Virus record (IMG/VR): IMGVR_UViG_3300036823_000324
Span: 11,085 to 75,084 of that record
Source: a virus
Length of the DNA stretch: 64,000 nt
Direction: 5' to 3' (one strand)
Shown here: positions 18,337-26,068 of the stretch, piece by piece
Position numbering within the stretch: the stretch's first letter is position 1
Layout: the number at the start of each line of letters is the position of its first letter
Notes under the pieces: model-generated
The model's database searches: none
What the model was told of the DNA's origin: nothing
The model's input: only the letters and a program-made list of their open reading frames with translations
Made by a program: the position numbers and the translations under genes

Positions 18337-18602
18337 TTCGGCCCCATCCCGCGGATGCTGAAGCCGGTGATGTCGGAGTGCGCCGGCAGCAGGTCGGCAA
18401 GGTCGGAGTCGATCGACACTTCGAGCGCCGGACCCTTCGGGGGCTCCTTGAGGATCTGGATCACGTGGGCCTCGCCGACGACCTCGTCGCGGATCTTGAG
18501 CGGAAGGGTCCTGGCCCCCGCCATCAGGCGCCGCTCGTAGTCGTCGAGGGCGCCCTTCGTCATGACCATCCCGGGCCACCTCAGCGAGACGATGATCAGC
18601 AC
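18333..18602 (-). CDS. hypothetical protein
   Basis: coupled ORF. Confidence 0.5.
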   Translation of the reverse strand: MLIIVSLRWPGMVMTKGALDDYERRLMAGARTLPLKIRDEVVGEAHVIQILKEPPKGPALEVSIDSDLADLLPAHSDITGFSIRGMGPK

Positions 18603-19003
18603 CCGGCCATCACCCTCTCGGCGTGCTTCAGGACCTCGGGCCGCAGGTCCTCGTCGACGTCGCGCGCGTCCAGGTAGGCGCCGAGCGCGACGGCGGGGTC
18701 GGTCTCGAGCGTCGTCTCCGAGCGCTTGCGCCGCTCGCGGACGGTCTTCAGCTGCGGCCCGACGATCTTGTTGGCGCCGGCGGCCTTCAGCGCCTCGAGG
18801 AGGTCGCGGATGCGGCGCTGGCCTTCGGCGCCGAGCTGCTCGGCCTCGCTCTCGGTCGCCTCGCCCCGGATGCGGACGATGGCGCCCTTGAGGCCGGTGA
18901 GCGGACCGATTTCGCCCTTCTCCAGGAGGCGCCCGACGTCGAGGTTCAGGGTGACCATCGGGCGATCGCGAATCGAGTGGTGGATGACGACCGGATCAGG
19001 CAT
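18596..19003 (-). CDS. SbcD C-terminal (capping/SbcC-binding) region as a separate gene
   Basis: RPMVTL...GAIVRI...RERRKR...DPAVALGAYL resembles the SbcD C-terminal half. Confidence 0.65.
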   Translation of the reverse strand: MPDPVVIHHSIRDRPMVTLNLDVGRLLEKGEIGPLTGLKGAIVRIRGEATESEAEQLGAEGQRRIRDLLEALKAAGANKIVGPQLKTVRERRKRSETTLETDPAVALGAYLDARDVDEDLRPEVLKHAERVMAGC

Positions 19004-19355
19004 CGGTGGCCACCCAGCGCGCGGCGATCCGCGGGCACTTGTCGCGGATCACGTCGGCGAGCTTCTCGCGGCCGGCCTCGGGGATCGCCGCGAGGATGTC
19101 CGTGCCCTCGATGTTGGCGGCGATGCAGATCCTGCTCTTTTTCGTCGTGCCCACCCCCGGGAGGAGGACGAGGAGTTCGGCGACATGCAACGAGTCGCCG
19201 TAGCGCCCCGGAGACCCGATCAGGGCGAACGGGTCGACCTTCCCTTCGCGGAGCCGCTTTTTCAGCTTCGCCCTCCCGGTGCGGATGTCGTTGGCCCGGT
19301 CGAGCGCATCCATGCTCTGGCTGGTGCGCTCCTCGGCGGTGCGGATACCACTCAT
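18996..19355 (-). CDS. mihF: actinobacterial integration host factor (mIHF/sIHF)-like protein
   Basis: DALDRANDIRTGRAKLKKRLREG...VAELLVLLPGVGTTK (H2TH-type motif). Confidence 0.75.
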   Translation of the reverse strand: MSGIRTAEERTSQSMDALDRANDIRTGRAKLKKRLREGKVDPFALIGSPGRYGDSLHVAELLVLLPGVGTTKKSRICIAANIEGTDILAAIPEAGREKLADVIRDKCPRIAARWVATDA

Positions 19356-19356
19356 C

Positions 19357-20124
19357 TCAGTCCTCCCACTCGATCGTCATGAACCCGGTCTCGATGTCCT
19401 CCTCGCCGAAGCCGCCGCGCATCGGCGGCCCACACGACCACGTCTTTGGCCCGATCTGCTGGGGCCGGTGGTTGTGGCCGAAGACGATCGCGTCCCAGGG
19501 GCCCGAGGCTTCGAGGTCCTGGGCCTGCGGCAGCGGCTCGCGCGTCTCCATCACGGACATGCCGCTCGCGAGTGCCTCGCCCGCGATCAGCCAGTGCCCG
19601 ATCAGGATCGATGGGCGGTCGGGGTCGAGTTTCGCGCCCATGCCCCGGGCGATGTCGATCAGCTTCTCGGCGACCAGGCGGCTGATCCCGCGCGGGTCGT
19701 GCGGGGCCTCGGCGAAGAGGCGGTTCGGCGGGGCCCACGGCAGGCACCCGACCTGCAGCCCGTTCGGGAGCTGGAGCAGCTCGGGCATGGTCATGACCTT
19801 CACCAGGTCGCCGGTCACCCCCTCGGCGAGCTCGTCGAGGCAGGTGTAGCGCTCGCCGGCGTGGTCGTGGTTGCCGTGCAACAGGATCGTCGAGTGCGCC
19901 GGCGAGGCCTTCATCGCCTCGCGGGCGACCGCGTAGGCGACCGGCCCGGGCTTCGGCCCTTGGGCGACATCGCCGAGGAAGAGCATCACGTCGGCGTCGA
20001 CCTCGCTGATCTTGCCGAGGATCCTCTTCGCGTCGGCGATCCGGGTGTTGCCGAGCTCAATGTCGGCGTGGCCGAGATGCGTCCCGCTCTCGAGGTGCAG
20101 GTCGCCGAACAGGACCGCCTTCAT
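19357..20124 (-). CDS. sbcD: SbcD/Mre11 metallophosphoesterase nuclease domain
   Basis: GDLH, GD, GNHD, GH, GHNH motifs; ends GFGEE..GFMTIEWED with no C-terminal domain. Confidence 0.88.
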   Translation of the reverse strand: MKAVLFGDLHLESGTHLGHADIELGNTRIADAKRILGKISEVDADVMLFLGDVAQGPKPGPVAYAVAREAMKASPAHSTILLHGNHDHAGERYTCLDELAEGVTGDLVKVMTMPELLQLPNGLQVGCLPWAPPNRLFAEAPHDPRGISRLVAEKLIDIARGMGAKLDPDRPSILIGHWLIAGEALASGMSVMETREPLPQAQDLEASGPWDAIVFGHNHRPQQIGPKTWSCGPPMRGGFGEEDIETGFMTIEWED

Positions 20125-20288
20125 CCTTGCTTCCTCTTCGTGTGGATCGTCCCTCGGGTGACACGCCGGGGTTTCATGTGGAGGGGATGGGCTCGTTCGG
20201 TGAACGAGCCGCTGCAACGTTCGTCGGGCCCCATCATCACGCGCCCGCAGGCCGGGCACTCCCAGGTCACCTTGGTATCCGCTTTCAC
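20121..20288 (-). CDS. small Zn-ribbon-like protein
   Basis: WECPACG...C...H. Confidence 0.5.
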   Translation of the reverse strand: MKADTKVTWECPACGRVMMGPDERCSGSFTERAHPLHMKPRRVTRGTIHTKRKQG

Positions 20289-20542
20289 TGTTCGATCTCC
20301 TTGGGGGTCACGTCGATTACCTCCTCTGCGTCGATGTAGCCGCGGTCGTCGTCTGGCATCTGCGTCCATTCGACGGCCACCGAGGCGGGCGCAGGGGACA
20401 TCCCCGGGACGAGCTTCCACAGCTGGGTACGGTCGTCGATCCGCATGGTCTCGTCGGGCTCGATCTGTGCGTGGATCTCGCCCGCCATGCCTTCGACGAC
20501 CAGCTTGCCGTCACGCAGCCGCAGGCGGCCGATCGGAGCCAT
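20285..20542 (-). CDS. hypothetical protein
   Basis: coupled ORF. Confidence 0.6.
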   Translation of the reverse strand: MAPIGRLRLRDGKLVVEGMAGEIHAQIEPDETMRIDDRTQLWKLVPGMSPAPASVAVEWTQMPDDDRGYIDAEEVIDVTPKEIEQ

Positions 20543-20823
20543 CAGAGGTAGCCCCCCGAGTCCGCGGTGAGGTCACAGATCCTGTTCAGCAGGCGACCCC
20601 GGCGGTTCGCCGGATCGATACGCCGCCGCGTCGCCAGCTCACAGCCGATGATCGGATCACTGTGGCTGTCGCCGACGCCGAACCAGACGCCGAGGTAGTC
20701 CTGGTCGACCTCGCCCCACACGATGTGCAGGTAGGGGAGAGGAATCGCGGCAGGGTGCCAGGCGACGTGGAGCGGCCCGATCTTGAGGCTGCTGCCGAGT
20801 CCGTTCAGGTGGCGTCGGGCCAC
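20542..20823 (-). CDS. hypothetical protein
   Basis: coupled ORF. Confidence 0.5.
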   Translation of the reverse strand: MARRHLNGLGSSLKIGPLHVAWHPAAIPLPYLHIVWGEVDQDYLGVWFGVGDSHSDPIIGCELATRRRIDPANRRGRLLNRICDLTADSGGYL

Positions 20824-21029
20824 TAGGCGCGCCTTCGTGCCCGCTCGACCAGTTTCGACGCGGCTTCCTCTCCGCGTTCCTTCGCATGCCGGTAGACCTC
20901 GCGCTCCTCGGCGTCGTAGCCCATCCCGCCGATCGGTTCCGCCATCGTACGCGCGAGACCCTGCTCGAATCCTTCCTGCCGCAGTTGAGCCAGGCGCAGA
21001 TCCTTCCTCAGTTCCTTCCCACCGAACAT
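20823..21029 (-). CDS. hypothetical protein
   Basis: RBS ACGAAAGGAGA. Confidence 0.55.
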   Translation of the reverse strand: MFGGKELRKDLRLAQLRQEGFEQGLARTMAEPIGGMGYDAEEREVYRHAKERGEEAASKLVERARRRA

Positions 21030-21042
21030 CGCTCTCCTTTCG

Positions 21043-21501
21043 TCAGGCGCCGTGGCACCGCTTGAACTTCTTGCCGCTACCGCAGGGGCACGGGTCGTTG
21101 CGGCCGACCAGCTTCCCCGTCTCCGGGTCCCGGGTGAACACCCGGCCCTTCGTCTCGCCCTCGCAGCTGCGCCTGAACTTCTGCAGCTCGGGGTCGTAGA
21201 CGATCCAGCAGATCGCCTCGTCCGCCAGCTGGTCAGCCTCCCAGTCGTCGGCGAGGGCGGTGACCCTCCCGCAATGCGCACAGGCGCCGCCGTCGACGAT
21301 CTCGTCCATCACCTTCTTGAGCGCCCGCATCGGGTCCAGGCCGGCGCCGACGGCGTGCCCATACCCATAGTCGATGTAGACGTTCCAGATGGTCGGCTCG
21401 TTGTCGTCCTCGTAGCGGAGCTGGATGCTCTTCGCGCCGGTGCGGGCGATGAAGTCGTACGCCGCGACGAAGACGGGATCCTCGGGGCTCTTCGCTTCCA
21501 T
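21043..21501 (-). CDS. SEC-C motif protein
   Basis: C-terminal [21 protein letters not shown]; internal CAHC. Confidence 0.85.
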   Translation of the reverse strand: MEAKSPEDPVFVAAYDFIARTGAKSIQLRYEDDNEPTIWNVYIDYGYGHAVGAGLDPMRALKKVMDEIVDGGACAHCGRVTALADDWEADQLADEAICWIVYDPELQKFRRSCEGETKGRVFTRDPETGKLVGRNDPCPCGSGKKFKRCHGA

Positions 21502-21980
21502 CAGGCGGCCGGGAGGTCGATGCCGGTGACAGCAGGGCCCGTGCGCTCGAAGGGCACGTAGTTCGCGCGGGCTCGGCTCACTCCCGACCCCGGCTCCCTG
21601 TCGATGTTGAACGAGACCGTCACGCACTCGCGGCCGAGGCCGTTCCACTCGCCGATCACCGGTACCACCTCCTCGAGCAGCTCGCAGAGGCGGCGCTTCG
21701 CGTGTTCGTCGATCCCGTTCGTCAGGTTTGCGGCGGTATCCCGTTTGTAGGCGTCGGGACGGACCTCGAAGACGACGACGCACCCACGTCGCTTCGGCTG
21801 CCGATTATTCCGATCCGGCGCCTGCGGGCAGACCGTCACCCTGAACTCGCCGACCTTCGCAGCGACGCCGTGATGGGAGACCACGGCGTCCTCGGCCTGG
21901 TCGGAGTCGAGCCAGGCGACGACCGCGCGCAGCTGGTCGACGTCGACGCCGCGGAACGGCTCAGCCGGCGAGGTAGTCAC
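21501..21980 (-). CDS. hypothetical protein
   Basis: VTTSPAEPF..., coupled. Confidence 0.55.
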   Translation of the reverse strand: MTTSPAEPFRGVDVDQLRAVVAWLDSDQAEDAVVSHHGVAAKVGEFRVTVCPQAPDRNNRQPKRRGCVVVFEVRPDAYKRDTAANLTNGIDEHAKRRLCELLEEVVPVIGEWNGLGRECVTVSFNIDREPGSGVSRARANYVPFERTGPAVTGIDLPAA

Positions 21981-23154
21981 CGAGCGTCTCCTCCGTGATC
22001 TCGCCGTTGCTGCCCCATTCGAGCCATTCGAGGGCCTGGCGCCCCTGCTTCTCTTTGCGGGGGTCATCCGCGCCGAGCATGGCGTCCACGAGTTCGGCAA
22101 GCCAGCGCCGGCCGTCGTCTTCGGAGACGATGTCCTCGACGTCCTGGCCGGCGAAGGGGCCTTTTTTCGGCTTGAAGCCGCGCTCGGGTTTCGGGATCTC
22201 GAAGGCGTCCTCGGTGTTGCCGTCGACATCCCATTCCTCGGGCTCGGCGCCGCCGGCCTCGACCTCGGAGAGGTCGACGGGGTCACCACCTTCTTCGGCG
22301 GCCTCTTCGGCGGCGTCGAGTTCGTCCAGGTCGGCCGGCACCTGTGCGAGGCGATCGGCGTGACTGACATCGGGGTCAGGGGTCGTGTCCTCGATCTGGG
22401 CGACCGGTTCGGCATCTTCGGCGGACCCGCCGTAGAGCTCGGCCGCACCCGACCGGAACTGTGCGGCGATCAGATCCCTGACGTGAGGGTTGCTCCAGTC
22501 CGGGGTCATGTTCCAGCCGATGACCAGGAACGGCTTGGCCAACTCCGCCGCGGAGTATTTGCCTTTCACACTCAGCAGGAGACGGACGCAGCGGAGGAAG
22601 GATTTCGTCTCGGCCTTCTCGTTGACGAACTCGAGTTCTTCGTCGTAGGCCTTGTCGATCGCGTCGTCGTCGACATTCGCGTTCTTCTCGCGGAGCCGGC
22701 GGGCGACTTTACGCCGCAGCTGGTCGAAGCGGACGGTCTTCGACTGGGTGGAGTGACGCCACAGGCCGTCCGGTCCGCGCATCTTGGCGGTGGTGGTGGT
22801 GGTGATGCCGGTGCCGCCCATGTAGTCGCGCTTCTGGTCGACGATCTCGATCTGGGCGAGGTCGGCGAGTTTGGCGAGGCCGACCTTGTTGAGGGCGCGG
22901 CCACCCTGCACGGGGAAGGAGTCACTCTGGACATTCAGCTGGACGATGCGAGGGTTGGGCGACCAGTTCGGGTCGAGCTGCACCACCTGCGAGATCGGCC
23001 CGAGCACGTGGACGCGCTGTTCGAGCTGCGGGGTGATGGAGATCATCCGTTTGCCGCCGACTTCTTCGACGGTCACACCCGTCTGCTGAGAGAGCCATTC
23101 CTCAGTTTTCGTGAGCTCGCGACTGTCGGAGCGCTCGACCTCGGTACCCGCCAT
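21961..23154 (-). CDS. putative phage recombination/single-strand annealing protein
   Basis: ALNKVGLAKLA...EKAETKSFLRCVR.LL..KGKYS..ELAKPF, acidic tail, heads the sbcCD block; strong RBS GGGAGG. Confidence 0.55.
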   Translation of the reverse strand: MAGTEVERSDSRELTKTEEWLSQQTGVTVEEVGGKRMISITPQLEQRVHVLGPISQVVQLDPNWSPNPRIVQLNVQSDSFPVQGGRALNKVGLAKLADLAQIEIVDQKRDYMGGTGITTTTTAKMRGPDGLWRHSTQSKTVRFDQLRRKVARRLREKNANVDDDAIDKAYDEELEFVNEKAETKSFLRCVRLLLSVKGKYSAAELAKPFLVIGWNMTPDWSNPHVRDLIAAQFRSGAAELYGGSAEDAEPVAQIEDTTPDPDVSHADRLAQVPADLDELDAAEEAAEEGGDPVDLSEVEAGGAEPEEWDVDGNTEDAFEIPKPERGFKPKKGPFAGQDVEDIVSEDDGRRWLAELVDAMLGADDPRKEKQGRQALEWLEWGSNGEITEETLGDYLAG

Positions 23155-23244
23155 GTGTCCTCCCTCTATCCGATCCTCTAATCCTCTCGGAGGAGGCTAC
23201 CAGATCCCCTCAAATAGCGGGGATGGGCTACTACTACTAGCTAG

Positions 23245-24639
23245 CTAGCCCCACGGCCGTATGCCGATATGCAGCCCGCGCACCAGGACTTGGCCCGACG
23301 GCGTGGAGCTTCCCTGAAAGGAGACGACACCGGGCGCTTTTTCGGCTTCCGGAGCTATGAAGAACAGCGCCGCTGGTAGCTGCGGCCCGTAGTTCATCCC
23401 GGTGCCGCTCTCTATCCCCGCGATCAAAGTTTCAAGGTTGGCTTTGGTGATCGTGGCGCCTGATTCCATCGCCGTCGCCGCGGCCGGCGCGGTGACGAAC
23501 CGCGACCAAGTCGTTTCAGCGCTTCCGACCTTGCTCACCGACGCGACCTTGACACCGAAGATGTTCAACTGGACGACGGCGGTGTTGCCCGTCACGACCG
23601 GTCCCAGCCAACCACGGACGACGACCTCAAGCATTTGATGCGGCTTGACCACGGGAAGTTCGAGTTTCGTGCCACCCGAGAATTCGGCGGGAGAGGTGCT
23701 CGTGACCCCGATTTCTCCTGGTATCCAGAGGTGGGCCGCCGCACTGCCACCGGCCTGAAGCGCTGCCTTGACATCGCTGCCGAGCTTTTCCATCGTGACC
23801 GCTTCGGCGGCGAGTTTCCCGGCCGTCACCGCCAGCGCTTTGATCTTCGCTTCTTCGACGGCTTCCGAGCCGATTTTCGCCGCGGTGACGGCGCTCGCGG
23901 CGATCTTCGCGGCCGTCACCGCTTCGGCGGCGAGCTTGACGGCCGTCACGGCGCCGGTGCCGAGCTTGGCTTCGGTCACCGCTTCTGCGGCGAGCAGCGC
24001 CGCGGTGATCGCGCCGTTCGCGATCTTGGCGGTGGTCACCGCGCCGGCCTGGATCGCGGCGGTCACGACGGCTTCTGCGGCGATCTTGGCGGCGGTGACC
24101 GCGCTCGCGGCTAGTTCATTGGTCCCGATCCCGCCCGCCTTCACCTTCGGGACCATCCCGCCCCCCGGCGCGCGTTCCCATTCCATAGACGTGCTCGAGC
24201 CGAGCGCCGTGCTCGTGATCATCGCTCCGGTGACGCCGTCGATCCCGCTCTGTTCGATCGACGTGATTTCGGTGCCCGACCAGGTGACGGTCCCGATCTT
24301 GCGGGAGTTGGCCGGCGCGGACGCGGCGATCACGATGTCGGTAGCCGTCAATTCTTCGGTTTCCCCGGCGATCACGAAAACCCCGTAAGTGGCCGCGGCT
24401 CCCGTGACCGTGACGGTGATGATCGATTTCCACCAGCGCATCTGGCCGTCGATGATCATGCTCGACTGGCCGGCGATCGAGTCGTCGCCATCGTCGATCG
24501 GCACGAACTGCAGGTGGGTCGAGGAGGCGCGTTCCATCCGCACCCCGATCGCGATCCCGCTCAGCACCTCCTGGATCGCGTTGAGCCAGTTGGCCGGGAC
24601 GACGGTGACGCCGTCCACGTAGTCGATGTCACGGGACAC
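23245..24639 (-). CDS. tail fibre protein
   Basis: last tail gene; N-terminal WLNAIQE; 12 x AVTAAKIAAE-type decapeptide; lower-GC C-terminal tip. Confidence 0.8.
   Translation of the reverse strand: MSRDIDYVDGVTVVPANWLNAIQEVLSGIAIGVRMERASSTHLQFVPIDDGDDSIAGQSSMIIDGQMRWWKSIITVTVTGAAATYGVFVIAGETEELTATDIVIAASAPANSRKIGTVTWSGTEITSIEQSGIDGVTGAMITSTALGSSTSMEWERAPGGGMVPKVKAGGIGTNELAASAVTAAKIAAEAVVTAAIQAGAVTTAKIANGAITAALLAAEAVTEAKLGTGAVTAVKLAAEAVTAAKIAASAVTAAKIGSEAVEEAKIKALAVTAGKLAAEAVTMEKLGSDVKAALQAGGSAAAHLWIPGEIGVTSTSPAEFSGGTKLELPVVKPHQMLEVVVRGWLGPVVTGNTAVVQLNIFGVKVASVSKVGSAETTWSRFVTAPAAATAMESGATITKANLETLIAGIESGTGMNYGPQLPAALFFIAPEAEKAPGVVSFQGSSTPSGQVLVRGLHIGIRPWG
23775..24135 (-). repeat. 30-bp/10-aa tandem repeat (about 12 units)
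   Basis: AVTAAKIAAE, AVTTAKIANG, AVTEAKLGTG... Confidence 0.85.
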
Positions 24640-24677
24640 GCCCCTATGGTCGCGGGTCGGGGGGCGCCCTGGCTAGG

Positions 24678-25988
24678 TCAGAGGTGGTCGCCGGCTTTGC
24701 TGACGCCGGCGATGAAGGTACCGAAGTGCACTTCGGTATCGACATTGCAGGCCAGATGGGCCGGTTTCGTGTCTTCGATCAGCTGGCGCACCCGTTCGGC
24801 GAGGGTGCCCGAGATGCTGTAGGCGATGTGGACTTCGAACGAGCGGTTGGCGAAGTTGGTCAGCACACGGACGCCCGTGGCGCTGAAGGATTTGTTCTCG
24901 GTCTGGATCAGTTCGACGATCAGGTCGATGAAGGTCGAGCTCGCCGAGTCGCGCCGTGCCTTCCACCGTCCCTCGAGGACCGTCTGGCGCTGGGCGGCGG
25001 TGAATCCGACCGGCGCCACCCCCAGCCGCGCCTCGCGCTCGCGCATCGCCAGCAGGTCGAACTGCGGTCCGTAGCGCCGCGATCGCGACACGTCGCGGCC
25101 ACCGGCCCAGCCATAGAGGTTGCGGTTGGAGACGGCGAGGTCGCCGTAGAAGGGCTCCTCCGGGTCTACACCTACGCAGGCCGTACCGCCCGTCATCGCA
25201 AGCTGCTCGCCGCCTTTCCTCGTCGTTTCCACGTAGAGCCAGTGCTGGCCGGGCGTCGAGAGCGTCACCGGCGTCCCCGTCGGGATCGTGCCTTCCCCGC
25301 CGGTGCAGCCGGTGAAGGTCGTCGACGTCTTGCCCGTGTAGTTCACCTTCTGGCCGGCGATCAGCAATGTGCCCGAAGGGGGGAATTTTTCGGTCGCGGT
25401 CACTCCGATCGTCGCCAGCGGCAGCGTCTGGGTACTCGAGAGCGCGGTCGCGGGCAACACGAGGGTCGCCTTCAGCGCCAGCAGCGTCCAGCCGGGCATG
25501 GCGATCGCGAATGACGCGCTGGCCTCGATTTCTTCTTTGCCGAAGAGCTGCTTGACGGCGAGATGGCTGGTCGGCGTCGTGGCGATCGCCGTCGCCCCCA
25601 TGACGAGGAGGTAGAACCAGTATTCGCCCGCTTCGGGCGGCGCGAAGGTCGGCCCGGCCTTGAGCACTTTTTCTTCCCCGGTGGCGGCATGGGCGGCGCG
25701 CACGCCGCGGGGGAAGCGCGGCAGGTCGGTCGCTTCGAACTGTGTGAGCTTCGCGGTGCCCGGGCTTTCCGCCCGCCAGATCGTCGACCAGGCGCCGCCG
25801 CGCCCGAGCGGGTCGAGGATCAGATTTTCGGCCTCGATCTCGTTGGCGGTGGTGGGCTGGCCGGACATCGCCAGCGGCCGGTCGAGGTAGGTCGGCAGCG
25901 ACATCGCCGAGATGTCCTGGAGCGCCTGGCGGATCCGGGCCGCCTCGAGGGCTTTGGCCTGCATGACGGCGCGCGCGACGTCGCTCAT
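24678..25988 (-). CDS. baseplate protein YmfQ/XkdT-like with inserted domains
   Basis: SLPTYL...EARLGV...QRQTVL...IEDTKPAHL. Confidence 0.75.
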   Translation of the reverse strand: MSDVARAVMQAKALEAARIRQALQDISAMSLPTYLDRPLAMSGQPTTANEIEAENLILDPLGRGGAWSTIWRAESPGTAKLTQFEATDLPRFPRGVRAAHAATGEEKVLKAGPTFAPPEAGEYWFYLLVMGATAIATTPTSHLAVKQLFGKEEIEASASFAIAMPGWTLLALKATLVLPATALSSTQTLPLATIGVTATEKFPPSGTLLIAGQKVNYTGKTSTTFTGCTGGEGTIPTGTPVTLSTPGQHWLYVETTRKGGEQLAMTGGTACVGVDPEEPFYGDLAVSNRNLYGWAGGRDVSRSRRYGPQFDLLAMREREARLGVAPVGFTAAQRQTVLEGRWKARRDSASSTFIDLIVELIQTENKSFSATGVRVLTNFANRSFEVHIAYSISGTLAERVRQLIEDTKPAHLACNVDTEVHFGTFIAGVSKAGDHL

Positions 25989-26068
25989 TCGGGCGCACCT
26001 CCGACCCAGCCGAGCAGCAGGATCGCGGCGACCACGAATGCCAGCTGTGCCCAGTCGCCGAGGCTCAT
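25985..26068 (-). CDS. 27-aa single-TM peptide
   Basis: MSLGDWAQLAFVVAAILLLGWVGGAPE; ATGA overlaps at both ends. Confidence 0.45.
   Translation of the reverse strand: MSLGDWAQLAFVVAAILLLGWVGGAPE

Noticed and set aside
18996-19357. Intron or T4 gene 60-type ribosomal hop across the mIHF gene
   Set aside because: No group I/II intron features seen, the gap is about 350 nt, and the downstream half has its own coupled ATG
23775-24135. CRISPR-like periodic repeats (also 5690-5970 and 44180-45445)
   Set aside because: In-frame degenerate coding repeats without unique spacers or cas genes
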